Under the pieces are notes generated by a model. That model was not told where the DNA came from. It did not search any database and saw only the letters and a list, made by a program, of their open reading frames with translations. Position numbers and translations under genes: made by a program. A stretch of DNA of 64,000 nucleotides from an uncultured delta proteobacterium (lineage in GTDB: Bacteria > Desulfobacterota > Binatia > Bin18): assembly GCA_963733195.1 (NCBI GenBank), contig CAVTCR010000070.1:1-64000 (forward strand). The letters run 5' to 3'. Shown here piece by piece: positions 54,439 through 64,000 of the stretch. Numbering within the stretch: position 1 is the stretch's first letter; each line of letters starts with the position of its first letter.

Positions 54439-54533
54439 GACTGCTCTCAGTCTGCGGAAGTTGTTCCACCCTGAGATGTGTTCTCGGTAGGAACATAGTG
54501 CCGCCGTGCCCCTACCAAATTGAAACTGCGCGA

Positions 54534-55442
54534 CTATCGAAACGCGGCGAACAATTCCTCGAAGGCAACCATTTGATTACCATGGGCTGATGAGGGCACA
54601 AGAATGAGCGTGTTTACGCCAGCGTCGTACCACGCTTCGATTCCTTCGCGTACCTCTTTTGCCGAGCCATACAAAGTGACTTGCGACAACCAGCGGTCAG
54701 ACAACAGTTGCGGAATTTTCTCTTCTTCTTTGTTGGCGATGGCTTTACGAACGGCCATCATCTCTTCTTCAAAGCCGGCTTCGATCCAGTACTGTTGATA
54801 ATTGGGCAGGCGTACGTAACTAGAGAGTGTACGACGATTTACCGCTGCCGCGGCTGCTTTGTCATCGTCAATGCAGGTCGGCACCATATTGCCAATCATA
54901 AATTTGGAATTGTTGCGTTTCTCTGCTGGCAAGGCAGTAATGGAATCGGCCATGTGTGAACGTGCGGCGTTGGCCCACAAGGCACCCTGTGCGATTTCAC
55001 CAGCCAGACGAACCATAGGTTTACGAAGTGTTGCCAGCACGATTGGCGGCAACATGTCGATATTAGGTACACTCTTTTTCACTTCGCCGATGAAGTTGCG
55101 AATATCGCCAAGCGGTTTTCCTGCCTGGAGTCCAAGCCGTTGGTGAATCGGTCCGTGACTGACGCCAATGCCAAATTGAAACCGGCCACCTGATAACTCA
55201 TGAATAAACGACGCCGTCTGCGCATAATCAAATGGATGGCGCGTATAAATGTTGGTGATAGCTGTGCCGAACGGAATCTCTTTCGTCGTTTGCGCCAATA
55301 ACGCACACCACGTCATGTTATCGATAACGCTAGGGCAATAGATACCGCTGAATCCGGCACGTTCAACTTGTTGCGCGAGTTCGATGGTTACTCTCCGCCG
55401 TCCAGGCATGGGAGCGACACTTACGGCAGGTTTCTTGGTCAT
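54534..55442 (-). CDS. LLM-class flavin-dependent oxidoreductase
   Basis: AAGGAG RBS; GTAITNIYTRHP; ELSGGRFQFGIGVSH; LAGEIAQG. Confidence 0.88.
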   Translation of the reverse strand: MTKKPAVSVAPMPGRRRVTIELAQQVERAGFSGIYCPSVIDNMTWCALLAQTTKEIPFGTAITNIYTRHPFDYAQTASFIHELSGGRFQFGIGVSHGPIHQRLGLQAGKPLGDIRNFIGEVKKSVPNIDMLPPIVLATLRKPMVRLAGEIAQGALWANAARSHMADSITALPAEKRNNSKFMIGNMVPTCIDDDKAAAAAVNRRTLSSYVRLPNYQQYWIEAGFEEEMMAVRKAIANKEEEKIPQLLSDRWLSQVTLYGSAKEVREGIEAWYDAGVNTLILVPSSAHGNQMVAFEELFAAFR

Positions 55443-55549
55443 GTGGGTCTCCTTACTCATCAAAAAGGCGGTCTTTATTCGAGGCGGGGTCCAGCGGGAT
55501 TCTGTACAAAACTTTTCCTGGGAGCGGAAGGTCTGGCAAGACAATGTCC

Positions 55550-56956
55550 TTATTGAGATCTAGTGGTGGAGTCCCGCCTGGTGAGTGGTCCCAGGGTCTC
55601 CTCCAATCGGTTGTTCTTGAGCTTAGGAGACTGAGAGGGTGCCACCAATCTGTCTTTTGCTTTCCCTTGTCCCTTCGTCAAATTTCGGCGTTCCTTTCCG
55701 CTAGGGTCACGTTTAGTTACAGGAACTGGAGGGGCTAACTCCAGAGCGGGTGGTCGGTTCTCAACCAAAGAGAACGAAATAGGAGTTGCCTCTATACCTG
55801 GGGCTGCCTGTGCAACCATATTATTATTGCGAAAAAGGTGGGTGAGATTTGGAAGTATAGTGCTCCAGCCGTTTGTGATTCCGTGTTGAGAGGAGAACAA
55901 GAGAAGTGTGGCCGCAACCGCACCAACGCTAGCTGCCCAGAGCTTCTGTGAGTTCGGTAGTAGGACTGCACGTTGGGGGGGGATCGGTGGGCGTGTAAGC
56001 TGTATGCGCGCAACTGGGCGGTTCATCATTGGCAGCGTACGAAACTCACCTATAACCTCTAACATCAAAGGGCCTGAAATTGGCTTTTGTCGTCGTGTAG
56101 CTCCTGTCCGTAAAGCAGCATTTGCAAGGGTATTGAGGTACTGTGGGTTTCCTTTTCCGTGACGGGCCAAGAGACGAAGAGCTTCAACCGAAAATATGGG
56201 AGATGTAGAACGTGACCCATGTTTTGCTCGTAGCCGCGCGAGGAGGTAGACAAAACTCTCTTCGAATGACAGTGACGTGAGCTCACCATGTACGGCGATT
56301 CGCTGCTTGAGTAGCTGCAATTGCGGCATTTCGAGTTTAAGCGAAAGTGTGGCATTGCCGACGAAGATCGTCTGTAAGAGTTTCCCTTCCGGGGTTTCGA
56401 GTAGAGACAGCCAGTGAAAATCCTCTATTGCTTTGACTGGCAAATGATGAGCCTTGTCAATCACAAGGACAACCGCACCCCCCTGTTGGGTTTGATTAGT
56501 AAGCAGTGCCTCATAGAGTGCGCGCATAAGCGGCGCAATCTCCTCTAAGGGTGCTATAGGATGAGCCGGTTTTTCCGGTGTTGTAGAGGCATTCGGGAGA
56601 GGGTTCTGCTGTTCTACTGTTCTGCCTAGCTCACAAATCACCGTTTTGAGTAGCATCGGGAAAGATAATTTCTCGGACGACACCGATATCACTTTTAACT
56701 TTTGTGCGGCCAAGCCATCCAAAACGGCGCGAACAAAGGTTGTTTTGCCGCTTCCTTCCTCGCCAGTCAGTACCAACATTCCTTGTCGCTCGACAAGGGC
56801 ACGACGAAATAGTGTGGCAAGATCCTGGCGTTTTGCTGTCCAGAACATCGATAACGAATCTGTATCTCCAAAAGGGGTTTGGCGGAGGCCAAAGAAGTTA
56901 AGATTCATGATCGGGTACCACCTCTCGGCGTGACTCTCGTCTATAAGCAAAGTCAC
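55550..56956 (-). CDS. ExeA/GspA-like AAA ATPase
   Basis: FFGLRQTPF; LTGEEGSGKTT; VLVIDKAH; LKQRI; GNP..LN; C-terminal TM. Confidence 0.82.
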   Translation of the reverse strand: MTLLIDESHAERWYPIMNLNFFGLRQTPFGDTDSLSMFWTAKRQDLATLFRRALVERQGMLVLTGEEGSGKTTFVRAVLDGLAAQKLKVISVSSEKLSFPMLLKTVICELGRTVEQQNPLPNASTTPEKPAHPIAPLEEIAPLMRALYEALLTNQTQQGGAVVLVIDKAHHLPVKAIEDFHWLSLLETPEGKLLQTIFVGNATLSLKLEMPQLQLLKQRIAVHGELTSLSFEESFVYLLARLRAKHGSRSTSPIFSVEALRLLARHGKGNPQYLNTLANAALRTGATRRQKPISGPLMLEVIGEFRTLPMMNRPVARIQLTRPPIPPQRAVLLPNSQKLWAASVGAVAATLLLFSSQHGITNGWSTILPNLTHLFRNNNMVAQAAPGIEATPISFSLVENRPPALELAPPVPVTKRDPSGKERRNLTKGQGKAKDRLVAPSQSPKLKNNRLEETLGPLTRRDSTTRSQ

Positions 56957-58155
56957 AAACTTGGTTCGGTTTGGCGTCCTCTCAACTCGGGAGCAGCAAG
57001 GGCTTGGGTTGCCTGTTCTACTGTGAGGCGAGCAAATACTAGCGTCCCGATCATCCCTACCGCAGCGCCAAAGACAAAAAGAAAACGGAGTCCAAAGAAT
57101 TCTGCTAACGTTCCTGCCAGTACTGGTCCTAACATCATACCAACACTCATTGCCATATTCAGCACCCCCATAACCGAGGCCATGCCACTACTCTGTCCTT
57201 CATCTGCAGCCAGCGCAGTAAGCGCGGGCATCGCCACTGCCCCCAACGCTCCGGTAAGCGTGCCAATAAGAAGGAGATGCACAAATCCTTGTGCATAACA
57301 CACAGTCAGAAACGCGATCGACCCTAGATAACCACCGAGAGAGACCAAGAAACGGCGACTCATGCGGTCGGCCCAGCGGCCAGCCGGAACCTGTACGAGA
57401 GAGCTAACCAACATGTGGACGGCAATTACGGTCCCAATCTGTGATTTGCTCAGCGAGAGAACCTCAGATGCCAGCAGGGGAAGAAACGAGAACCACAGTC
57501 CCATTTGAATCGAGTTGACCATACGGTACAGTGCTAATCCTTTTACTTTTGGCCGTTGCAAAAGTTCACGATACGACATTGGCTGTGCCTTGGTTTGTGC
57601 ATCACTATGCGACTCTGGGAGGAAAAAAAGTACCGCGAAAAATGCAAGAACAGTGAGCCCACCCATCCAGTAGAAGCTCGCAGCCATCCCGTAACGATCG
57701 CTGATCCAGCCTCCAGCCAGAGGTCCCATGCCAAAACTACTAGTGAGAAATAAGTTAAAAATCCCCATGTATTTCCCACGTTGTTGTGGTGGAACTAAGT
57801 CGCCGACATACGCTGTGGCGATGGGCAGTACCAAGGCCATAAGGCCACCTTGAATGAAACGCCCGACAATCAGATAGCCGATCGTCGGCGCGTACACGTA
57901 CCACAGTGAGAGTATGCTGCTCAGGAGCAATCCAATAGCGATGAACCACTTACGTCCATATTGATCTGACCAGCGACTAATAAGTGGCATGAAGAGCATC
58001 TGCGCCAGCGGAAAGCTGGCAAAGAATACGCCGATGGTGATGGCGGTCGCCCCGAGCGTCTTGGCATAGATCGGCATGAAGGGGATAACAATGCCAATCC
58101 CTAGCATGCCGGTAAACACGGCAAAGTTCAGAATGTAAAACGCTTGGTAATTCAC
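56953..58155 (-). CDS. MFS transporter
   Basis: ~12 TMs; SDQYGRK motif A; GRWADRMSRR. Confidence 0.92.
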   Translation of the reverse strand: MNYQAFYILNFAVFTGMLGIGIVIPFMPIYAKTLGATAITIGVFFASFPLAQMLFMPLISRWSDQYGRKWFIAIGLLLSSILSLWYVYAPTIGYLIVGRFIQGGLMALVLPIATAYVGDLVPPQQRGKYMGIFNLFLTSSFGMGPLAGGWISDRYGMAASFYWMGGLTVLAFFAVLFFLPESHSDAQTKAQPMSYRELLQRPKVKGLALYRMVNSIQMGLWFSFLPLLASEVLSLSKSQIGTVIAVHMLVSSLVQVPAGRWADRMSRRFLVSLGGYLGSIAFLTVCYAQGFVHLLLIGTLTGALGAVAMPALTALAADEGQSSGMASVMGVLNMAMSVGMMLGPVLAGTLAEFFGLRFLFVFGAAVGMIGTLVFARLTVEQATQALAAPELRGRQTEPSL

Positions 58156-58326
58156 AATATTTTTATGCTAATCCAGAAGCTACCTACTATACAAGAGAAA
58201 AAGAGGCTTGTCGCTGAGCTTCCCAGGCGTGTGCGATTTCTGCTAGATAAGGAGGGCAAAGCAATTCGCGAAAATTTGAGACAATTGGCCACGCACGCGT
58301 GACGCTATTACAGGGAGGACGATCTC

Positions 58327-59475
58327 ATGTTTAATCATCCGGTGATTTCCGCTGATGGACATATTGATTTACCGTGGCTGCCACCAACACTTTTTGTTGA
58401 TAACGCTTCGGCTGTGCTGAAAGACAAAATGCCAAAGGTCGTTGATGCTCCCGAAGGTAAAATGTGGGTTGCTCATAACGGGACCAACCTCGGACTCGCA
58501 GGAGGGATGGGGTCGGCTGGGAGGCCGTATGTTCCTGGCCAGATTTATCGTTCGGACCGCATGGCGTCAGAAGGGCTGTACGATGACTACAAGCGTGGCA
58601 TCTTTCGGACGTCCGATCCGAAATACCGCCTGCTCGATCAAGACCGCGATGGCGTTGTCGGTGAGGTACTCTACGGCATCCTTGGTGCCTCTTTTCGTTT
58701 GCAAGATCCCGAGATCGTTGAGATGGTCGTACGCATCTACAACGATTTCGCCGCAAGCTTTAGCAAAGCCTGCCCTGAACGATTGGCAACGATTGCCTGT
58801 CTACCGACCTTTTCTCCAGGGAAAGCTGCCGAAGAGCTCCGGCGTTGTGCCAAGCTCGGACTGAAGGGTGCAGAGATTCCCATTTCTCCGGGGATGATGC
58901 CGCTGTGGCATGAAGACTGGAACCCCTTGTGGGAAGCGGCACATGAGTGTCGTATTCCCATCCACTTTCATACCATCGGTCCCAAGCAGGACATGAGTTG
59001 GTTAACCAATCATCGTGCTCGTCGGTTATGGTTGGCGACATTACTCGCAGGATTCCAGATGTCTATGGTCGAAGCGATGGCTGCGATCATCTACAGCGGT
59101 GCGCTTGAACGTTTGCCGCAACTAAAAATTGTCATCGGCGAAGCAGGAATCGGCTGGATACCGTACGTGCTCGAACGGCTTGATTATGAGTGGGAAGATC
59201 AATTCAAGGATCTGGAATTGAAGATGAAGCCTAGCGAATACTGGTATCGGCAAATGTATGCAACCTATCAACAAGACCAAGCCGGAATCGACCAAATCGA
59301 GAAAGTAGGCGTGAATAACGTCATGTGGGGATCCGACTTTCCTCACCCTGACGGAGTGTGGCCGGATTCGCAAGAATTCTTGCAAACACAACTCGGCCAA
59401 ATGCCAGAAGCGATACGGCGGAAAATTGTCTACGAGAATGTGGCAAAGTTGTATGGGTTTCCGATGAGGCTGTAA
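58327..59475 (+). CDS. Amidohydrolase_2 family protein
   Basis: ISADGH; DQDRDGV; HFHT; MWGSDFPHPD. Confidence 0.93.
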   Translation: MFNHPVISADGHIDLPWLPPTLFVDNASAVLKDKMPKVVDAPEGKMWVAHNGTNLGLAGGMGSAGRPYVPGQIYRSDRMASEGLYDDYKRGIFRTSDPKYRLLDQDRDGVVGEVLYGILGASFRLQDPEIVEMVVRIYNDFAASFSKACPERLATIACLPTFSPGKAAEELRRCAKLGLKGAEIPISPGMMPLWHEDWNPLWEAAHECRIPIHFHTIGPKQDMSWLTNHRARRLWLATLLAGFQMSMVEAMAAIIYSGALERLPQLKIVIGEAGIGWIPYVLERLDYEWEDQFKDLELKMKPSEYWYRQMYATYQQDQAGIDQIEKVGVNNVMWGSDFPHPDGVWPDSQEFLQTQLGQMPEAIRRKIVYENVAKLYGFPMRL

Positions 59476-59630
59476 AAGATACCGCCTGCGATGAGACAAA
59501 ACTAGTAGTGACAGAAACTCAATTGAGCAGAAAGTGGTAGAGCCCGATGGGGAATCCGGGCTTACTGTTCTGGGATATTGCTGTGCCCCTGCTAGACTAC
59601 GGAATCTGTGCGCAAGAAGTATAGAATCTC

Positions 59631-62600
59631 TTACGACGCAATGGCTCGTTCTAATTTCCTCGGCGTTCTTGCCGCATTTGCGACGACGGAAAGCAAGCGC
59701 TGAATTTCACTCTCTCGGTTTTTGAACCAATCTGTTGACCAGATGCGGTGAATTTTCCAACCTTTCGCTTCGAGTATTTCTTGTCGCAACCGATCGCGGT
59801 CGCGCACTGATTTTGCGCTGTGGTAGGTTGCGCCGTCACATTCGATACCGAGTATGTACGTTCCTGCGTCCTGTGGATCTTTCACTCCAATATCAATGAA
59901 AAAGCCCGCCACGCCTACTTGGGCCTCGACCTGGTATCCGTGCGAGATCAGCAGGGTAGCTACGTCAATCTCGAAGTCGCTGTCAGGAGACCGGCCCGAA
60001 TCAAGTCCAATCTCTACAATCTGTCCCGTCTCTGCGAAGGCGAGATAGTTACGGAAAGCAACTACTCCTCGCGACGGATTTTCTCCAAGTACAATGTCGC
60101 TTGGCTTGAGCGAAGTAAACAGCTCAATTCTCCGACGCGCGCGTGTGAAGAGTACGTTCAGTCGTCGCCAACCTTTGTCTCTCGCAATTGGTCCAAAGCG
60201 TTGATAGACACGCTGTGTTTCTGGATCGCGCCCGTAAGTTGTTGAAATGAATATGACCTCTCGCTCATCGCCTTGGACGTTTTCAAGGTTCTTGACGAAG
60301 AACGGTTCGTCCCGTTCCTCCTGCTGTCGTAACGCTACATCAAACCTTCCATCTGCCTTCTGTAAGCGTTCAATCTCTGCCAGGATCAGATCTCGTTGCT
60401 GAGAATTCATTGTCGCGACACCAAGGGATACCTCAGGTTGCTCACTGAGGTGAGTGCGAACTGCCTGTGCTACTTGTAATGCTTCCACGAAATTACGTGA
60501 GTTCTTGTACGTCGCGTTTTCAATCCAGTGGACCTGAACGCCAAACTCATGATGCTGAGCATAAGGAGAGGGAAAGAGCAGTAGCTCGTTGTTGTAAAAC
60601 TGACTGTTAGAAAACGCAATTAAAGAAGGATGCTGCGAACGGTAGTGCCAGAGAAGGGTGCGATTTGCAAACGTGCGCTGGGCAATCTCTAGGATGGACT
60701 CTGTTTCCTCTGCGGCGATGCGTTCCCCGTCGTCCTCTTCTCCATCGGAGAGCTGCTCAAAGAACGTCGTCGGGGGAAGTTGCTTCGGGTCACCGACAAT
60801 GACAACTTGTTTTCCTCGCAGAATAGCACCAAGGGCATCCTCGGGTTTCACTTGTGAGGCTTCATCCATCAGCACCAGATCGAACTCGATCTGGCCCGGC
60901 GGCAGATATTGGGCAACGGAAAGTGGACTCATCATAAAGCAGGGCTTAATCGCCTGGAGTGCTTTTCCGGCCCGACGCACCAATTGTCGAATAGGAATGT
61001 GTCTGGTTTTCTTGGACAGCTCGTTCTCAATCAGACCGCGGTTTGTCAACGTACGTACCGGGCCTGTCCCGATCCCAGCCGGGATCGGTCGTTTTGCGAT
61101 GTTGCTTGCGATGTACTGACCACGAAGACCATTGAGTTCACGATCAATGCGCTGAAACTCACGAATCGTTCGCTCGTACGCCACTCGGGTAAAATTGGCA
61201 AGCTCTGGATTTGCCTGCACTGCTTGTCGTGCAATTGCTTCATAGGCCAATGCACGGAAATATGAGGCAACCCTTTCAGGGGAGAGACTGCGCTTTCGTA
61301 TCAGCCTCAACAGATCTGTATGTCCATAATCTTGAAGACGCGCAGTGACTCGGCAGAATTCGCTCCAACGATTGAGAGACGCGGTTGTCGCAAGACACCT
61401 TTCGCAGGCATGGATAATGTCTTGGAAAGTATAGCTCGTTTCCTCCTTTGCTATCCAATTTGCAAGGTCGACTCCGCCCCAACGCTCCAGTTGTTGGAGT
61501 GACTCTTCCAAGACGGAAACAAACCTCTTCGTTGTGTTTGCAATATCACCTACCTCGTGTGTCCTTGGTCCTGCTGGCCCCGAAACAAACCACGAGAGGA
61601 GAGCAGGTTCAATTTGCATCGCCTGAATACTGGTGAGCCAGCTAAGCGCTTGTATGAGAGAGGATGTATCTGTATCGAGACCTTGCCAATAGGGTCCTAA
61701 CACCGCAGGTAAATCTTGCATCGCCTCAAGCTCCTGCTTCATATCGAGAAGCTTTCGCATGGCTGTGGTAGCAATACTGACTTGCTCTACGGTTGTTGGG
61801 CGAGGAAGCTGCGCTCTTCTCAATATCGGTAATGTCTCTTCAAGCAAGCGGGCTTGCTCTAGGAGAAGCTGTTGGATCAATGCAAGGGGAGATTCACTAT
61901 GAGTTCCTAACCCGCACTCTGCTAGTCTTTCCCGTAAGACTGTAATTGGTTGAGGCAACTGGCCTCTGAGACGGCTGACTTTTGTTGCTGTTGTTTCTCT
62001 GTTTGCGAGGAGGTCTTGAGAGAGAAAGGAGTCTTCTATCGTTTGCGTGAACTTTCCTGCCCATGAAACGGCAGAGCGAAGAGCGGGCCAGTCAGTGTCT
62101 ACACCTTTGAAGGCAGTTCCCAGGGCAGCTTTCATGCTTGTGTCCTCCGCGAACCGCCTTACTTCATCGAGAAGACCTGCCAGTTCCTCAAGACGACCAG
62201 CAAGAGCACGATCCTGAACTTCTTTAGGGTTACGAAGAACAGGCAGAAGTTCTTTGCGTAGAGCGCGATATTCACTGCGCAATCGGCCAAACCACTGTGT
62301 ATGGATGATCTGCAATCGCTTTGCCATGAGGCGCAACTTTTGTGGCCCCGGAACGAATTCGGTATCAAATTTTTTCTGCATTTCGCGAAGCCTTGACGCT
62401 AACTTCTGCGAGGTCTCTTCTGCCTGATTGAGTTTCTGTATAGCGTCCGGGCGTAGCCAAGCGGATTCAAAAGCGTGTTCGACCAGTGCTGGCATTTTTT
62501 CACAGAGTTCTGCTAGGGCTAGCAACTTCTCAAAGTCATGCAGGTACGATGGCTCAGTGCCCAATACCTCCTGGGCTGCTGCACGACAAGATAGTAAGCG

Positions 62601-64000
62601 TTGGGCGGCGTCATTGCAGCGCACGACACTCTGCTGAAGGACATCGAGTTGGGGCAAGGTCTTATTGTGAAACTCTTGGTTTCCAAGCCGTGGACAGGCG
62701 CTATGCAGCTGTGCAAGAAACTCTTTGTCAAGACAATCTGGAGTCTGTAGAAGCACTGACGACGCTTTTGTCAACGCTGGAACTTCTGAAAGGCGGTGGT
62801 GTAGCGCTCTGATCTGCGCAGTAGTTGATTCCGAGAGGAAATGGGACCAAAGGTGTGAGGAAATTTTCGGTGGAGGAGACGTATTGAGGATCTGGTGCAG
62901 TGTGATGACCGCCTGCAGTTGGGCTATGCTGCACGAAATCGACGATCCCTCTCCAAAGAATGAGTCGATAGATTGCTGTCCCTCGGTGGCAGCGGTGTTG
63001 AGGCGTTCCAGTATGTGAGGAACACCTCGTAAATCTGCCTCAAAAGCATTGCGTAGGTCGATGCCATTCCATGCTTGGCAGACCGTTTGGGGGAGTCCCT
63101 GCCACAATTCTCCTGCCTCGTGTATCAGTCGTGCTCGTTCTTCAATCTGACTGCGGGTCAACAACGGAAACTCACCTTGCCGAGGTTCTGGAAACTCGAG
63201 ATTTGCAAGGGTGCGGTATCGAGATGTACGAAAGGCGGCCTTAAAGAAAGGTTCTTGATCTGGGCCTATAGGCGTTTGTGCTGCTTCTGTGTACGAAAGA
63301 AGACGCGATCTTTCCTGGGTGAGGTTTGCTTCCTGTTCTTTAATATCCCGAGGCTCTGGAAACCGTTTGTGAAGTCGACGCTCTAGTTGTCGATGAAGTT
63401 GTCCTTTGTTTGTCCCCAATGAATGCAGTTCCAGTACGAAATCTCCAAGTCCGCACCGGTCCAAGCGGTTTTTGACGACTTCAAGTGCAGCACTTTTCTC
63501 TGCTACAAAGAGGAGACTCTTGCCGCTTGCTAAAGCGGCAGCAATAAGATTGGTAATCGTTTGGGATTTTCCCGTACCAGGGGGGCCATGAATGACGAGA
63601 TTCTTCCCCTCCGTCAGGGCATCGATCAGGGCTGAATGCTGTGAGCTATCAGCATCCATCACTAACTGGATCTCATGTGCGTGCTGGTGACGATCAACGT
63701 TATAGATTTCCGCTAATTGCAAATCGATGTGGTTGTCTGAGCGTGCTTCAGTATCCCCGAGTAATTTTGACACAAGTGAGTGCTCAACGGGATGCTGAGT
63801 TTCTGGTCCGTGGTTTTGGTTGAGCTCGCGATACATCAGCAACTTAGAAAAACTAAAAAGGTCTATCACCATCTCTCGTACGATGCGCCAACGCGGATAG
63901 GGAAGTACTTTCTCGGATACTTGTGAAAAGTACTCTTCTGGATCACATTCTGAATCAAACTCAGGCAGGTCAATGCGAAAGTCCTGAGCCATCTTTTCTG
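59631..64000 (-). CDS. SF1 (Upf1-like) helicase with C-terminal Vsr-like nuclease, Hhe-like; 5' partial, DUF4011 N-terminus inferred
   Basis: ADSSQH; HGPPGTGKSQTI; MMSPLSVAQYL; DEASQ; GDPKQLPPT; HYRS; ENVQGDER; RLNVLFTRAR; SDFE..IECDG..YH..RDRLRQ..WSTDW; frame open to window edge. Confidence 0.88.
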   Translation of the reverse strand, partial: EKMAQDFRIDLPEFDSECDPEEYFSQVSEKVLPYPRWRIVREMVIDLFSFSKLLMYRELNQNHGPETQHPVEHSLVSKLLGDTEARSDNHIDLQLAEIYNVDRHQHAHEIQLVMDADSSQHSALIDALTEGKNLVIHGPPGTGKSQTITNLIAAALASGKSLLFVAEKSAALEVVKNRLDRCGLGDFVLELHSLGTNKGQLHRQLERRLHKRFPEPRDIKEQEANLTQERSRLLSYTEAAQTPIGPDQEPFFKAAFRTSRYRTLANLEFPEPRQGEFPLLTRSQIEERARLIHEAGELWQGLPQTVCQAWNGIDLRNAFEADLRGVPHILERLNTAATEGQQSIDSFFGEGSSISCSIAQLQAVITLHQILNTSPPPKISSHLWSHFLSESTTAQIRALHHRLSEVPALTKASSVLLQTPDCLDKEFLAQLHSACPRLGNQEFHNKTLPQLDVLQQSVVRCNDAAQRLLSCRAAAQEVLGTEPSYLHDFEKLLALAELCEKMPALVEHAFESAWLRPDAIQKLNQAEETSQKLASRLREMQKKFDTEFVPGPQKLRLMAKRLQIIHTQWFGRLRSEYRALRKELLPVLRNPKEVQDRALAGRLEELAGLLDEVRRFAEDTSMKAALGTAFKGVDTDWPALRSAVSWAGKFTQTIEDSFLSQDLLANRETTATKVSRLRGQLPQPITVLRERLAECGLGTHSESPLALIQQLLLEQARLLEETLPILRRAQLPRPTTVEQVSIATTAMRKLLDMKQELEAMQDLPAVLGPYWQGLDTDTSSLIQALSWLTSIQAMQIEPALLSWFVSGPAGPRTHEVGDIANTTKRFVSVLEESLQQLERWGGVDLANWIAKEETSYTFQDIIHACERCLATTASLNRWSEFCRVTARLQDYGHTDLLRLIRKRSLSPERVASYFRALAYEAIARQAVQANPELANFTRVAYERTIREFQRIDRELNGLRGQYIASNIAKRPIPAGIGTGPVRTLTNRGLIENELSKKTRHIPIRQLVRRAGKALQAIKPCFMMSPLSVAQYLPPGQIEFDLVLMDEASQVKPEDALGAILRGKQVVIVGDPKQLPPTTFFEQLSDGEEDDGERIAAEETESILEIAQRTFANRTLLWHYRSQHPSLIAFSNSQFYNNELLLFPSPYAQHHEFGVQVHWIENATYKNSRNFVEALQVAQAVRTHLSEQPEVSLGVATMNSQQRDLILAEIERLQKADGRFDVALRQQEERDEPFFVKNLENVQGDEREVIFISTTYGRDPETQRVYQRFGPIARDKGWRRLNVLFTRARRRIELFTSLKPSDIVLGENPSRGVVAFRNYLAFAETGQIVEIGLDSGRSPDSDFEIDVATLLISHGYQVEAQVGVAGFFIDIGVKDPQDAGTYILGIECDGATYHSAKSVRDRDRLRQEILEAKGWKIHRIWSTDWFKNRESEIQRLLSVVANAARTPRKLERAIAS

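Overview
GC-rich bacterial chromosomal window, probably from a metagenome assembly. The gene content (expanded wHTH/adenylate-cyclase-AAA-TPR regulators, amidohydrolases, LLM, LigAB) resembles Deltaproteobacteria-like lineages such as Ca. Binatia, which is inference only. Many genes carry 1-nt indels that look like long-read errors, so several CDS calls join frames. Layout: (1) 10-3095, a wHTH-AAA(STAND)-TPR regulator diverging from a ~23 kb, almost entirely plus-strand cluster of secreted/envelope genes (FadL, DUF4105, DUF2092, MscS, DUF1302/DUF1329, PPIase, HupE/UreJ, DUF3604). Three promoters in this cluster share a phased CTGAA box array (12 then 21 bp spacing, -10-like hexamer 18 bp after the last box), and the cluster encodes two copies of a ~67-aa AFVVQLR..GRVEH protein. 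(2) 27-37 kb, TA remnants and a catabolic set (SnoaL, GST, MetE-like, SDR, MaoC pair, LigAB, serine hydrolase). (3) 37-47 kb, a BrnTA module between duplicated gene 3' ends, then two paralogous membrane-anchored wHTH-(cyclase)-TolB-TPR regulators, each diverging from a small secreted protein; one is broken by an IS5-family element. (4) 48-59.5 kb, mostly intact metabolic/transport genes plus an internally deleted cyclase-AAA-TPR gene and a PIN TA pair. (5) 59.6-64 kb, a 5'-partial Hhe-like helicase-nuclease defence gene next to a tRNA-3'-end-like scar. Heptanucleotide tracts and REP/RPE-like palindromes recur throughout, often inside regulator coding sequences. No CRISPR array, rRNA or intact tRNA was seen.
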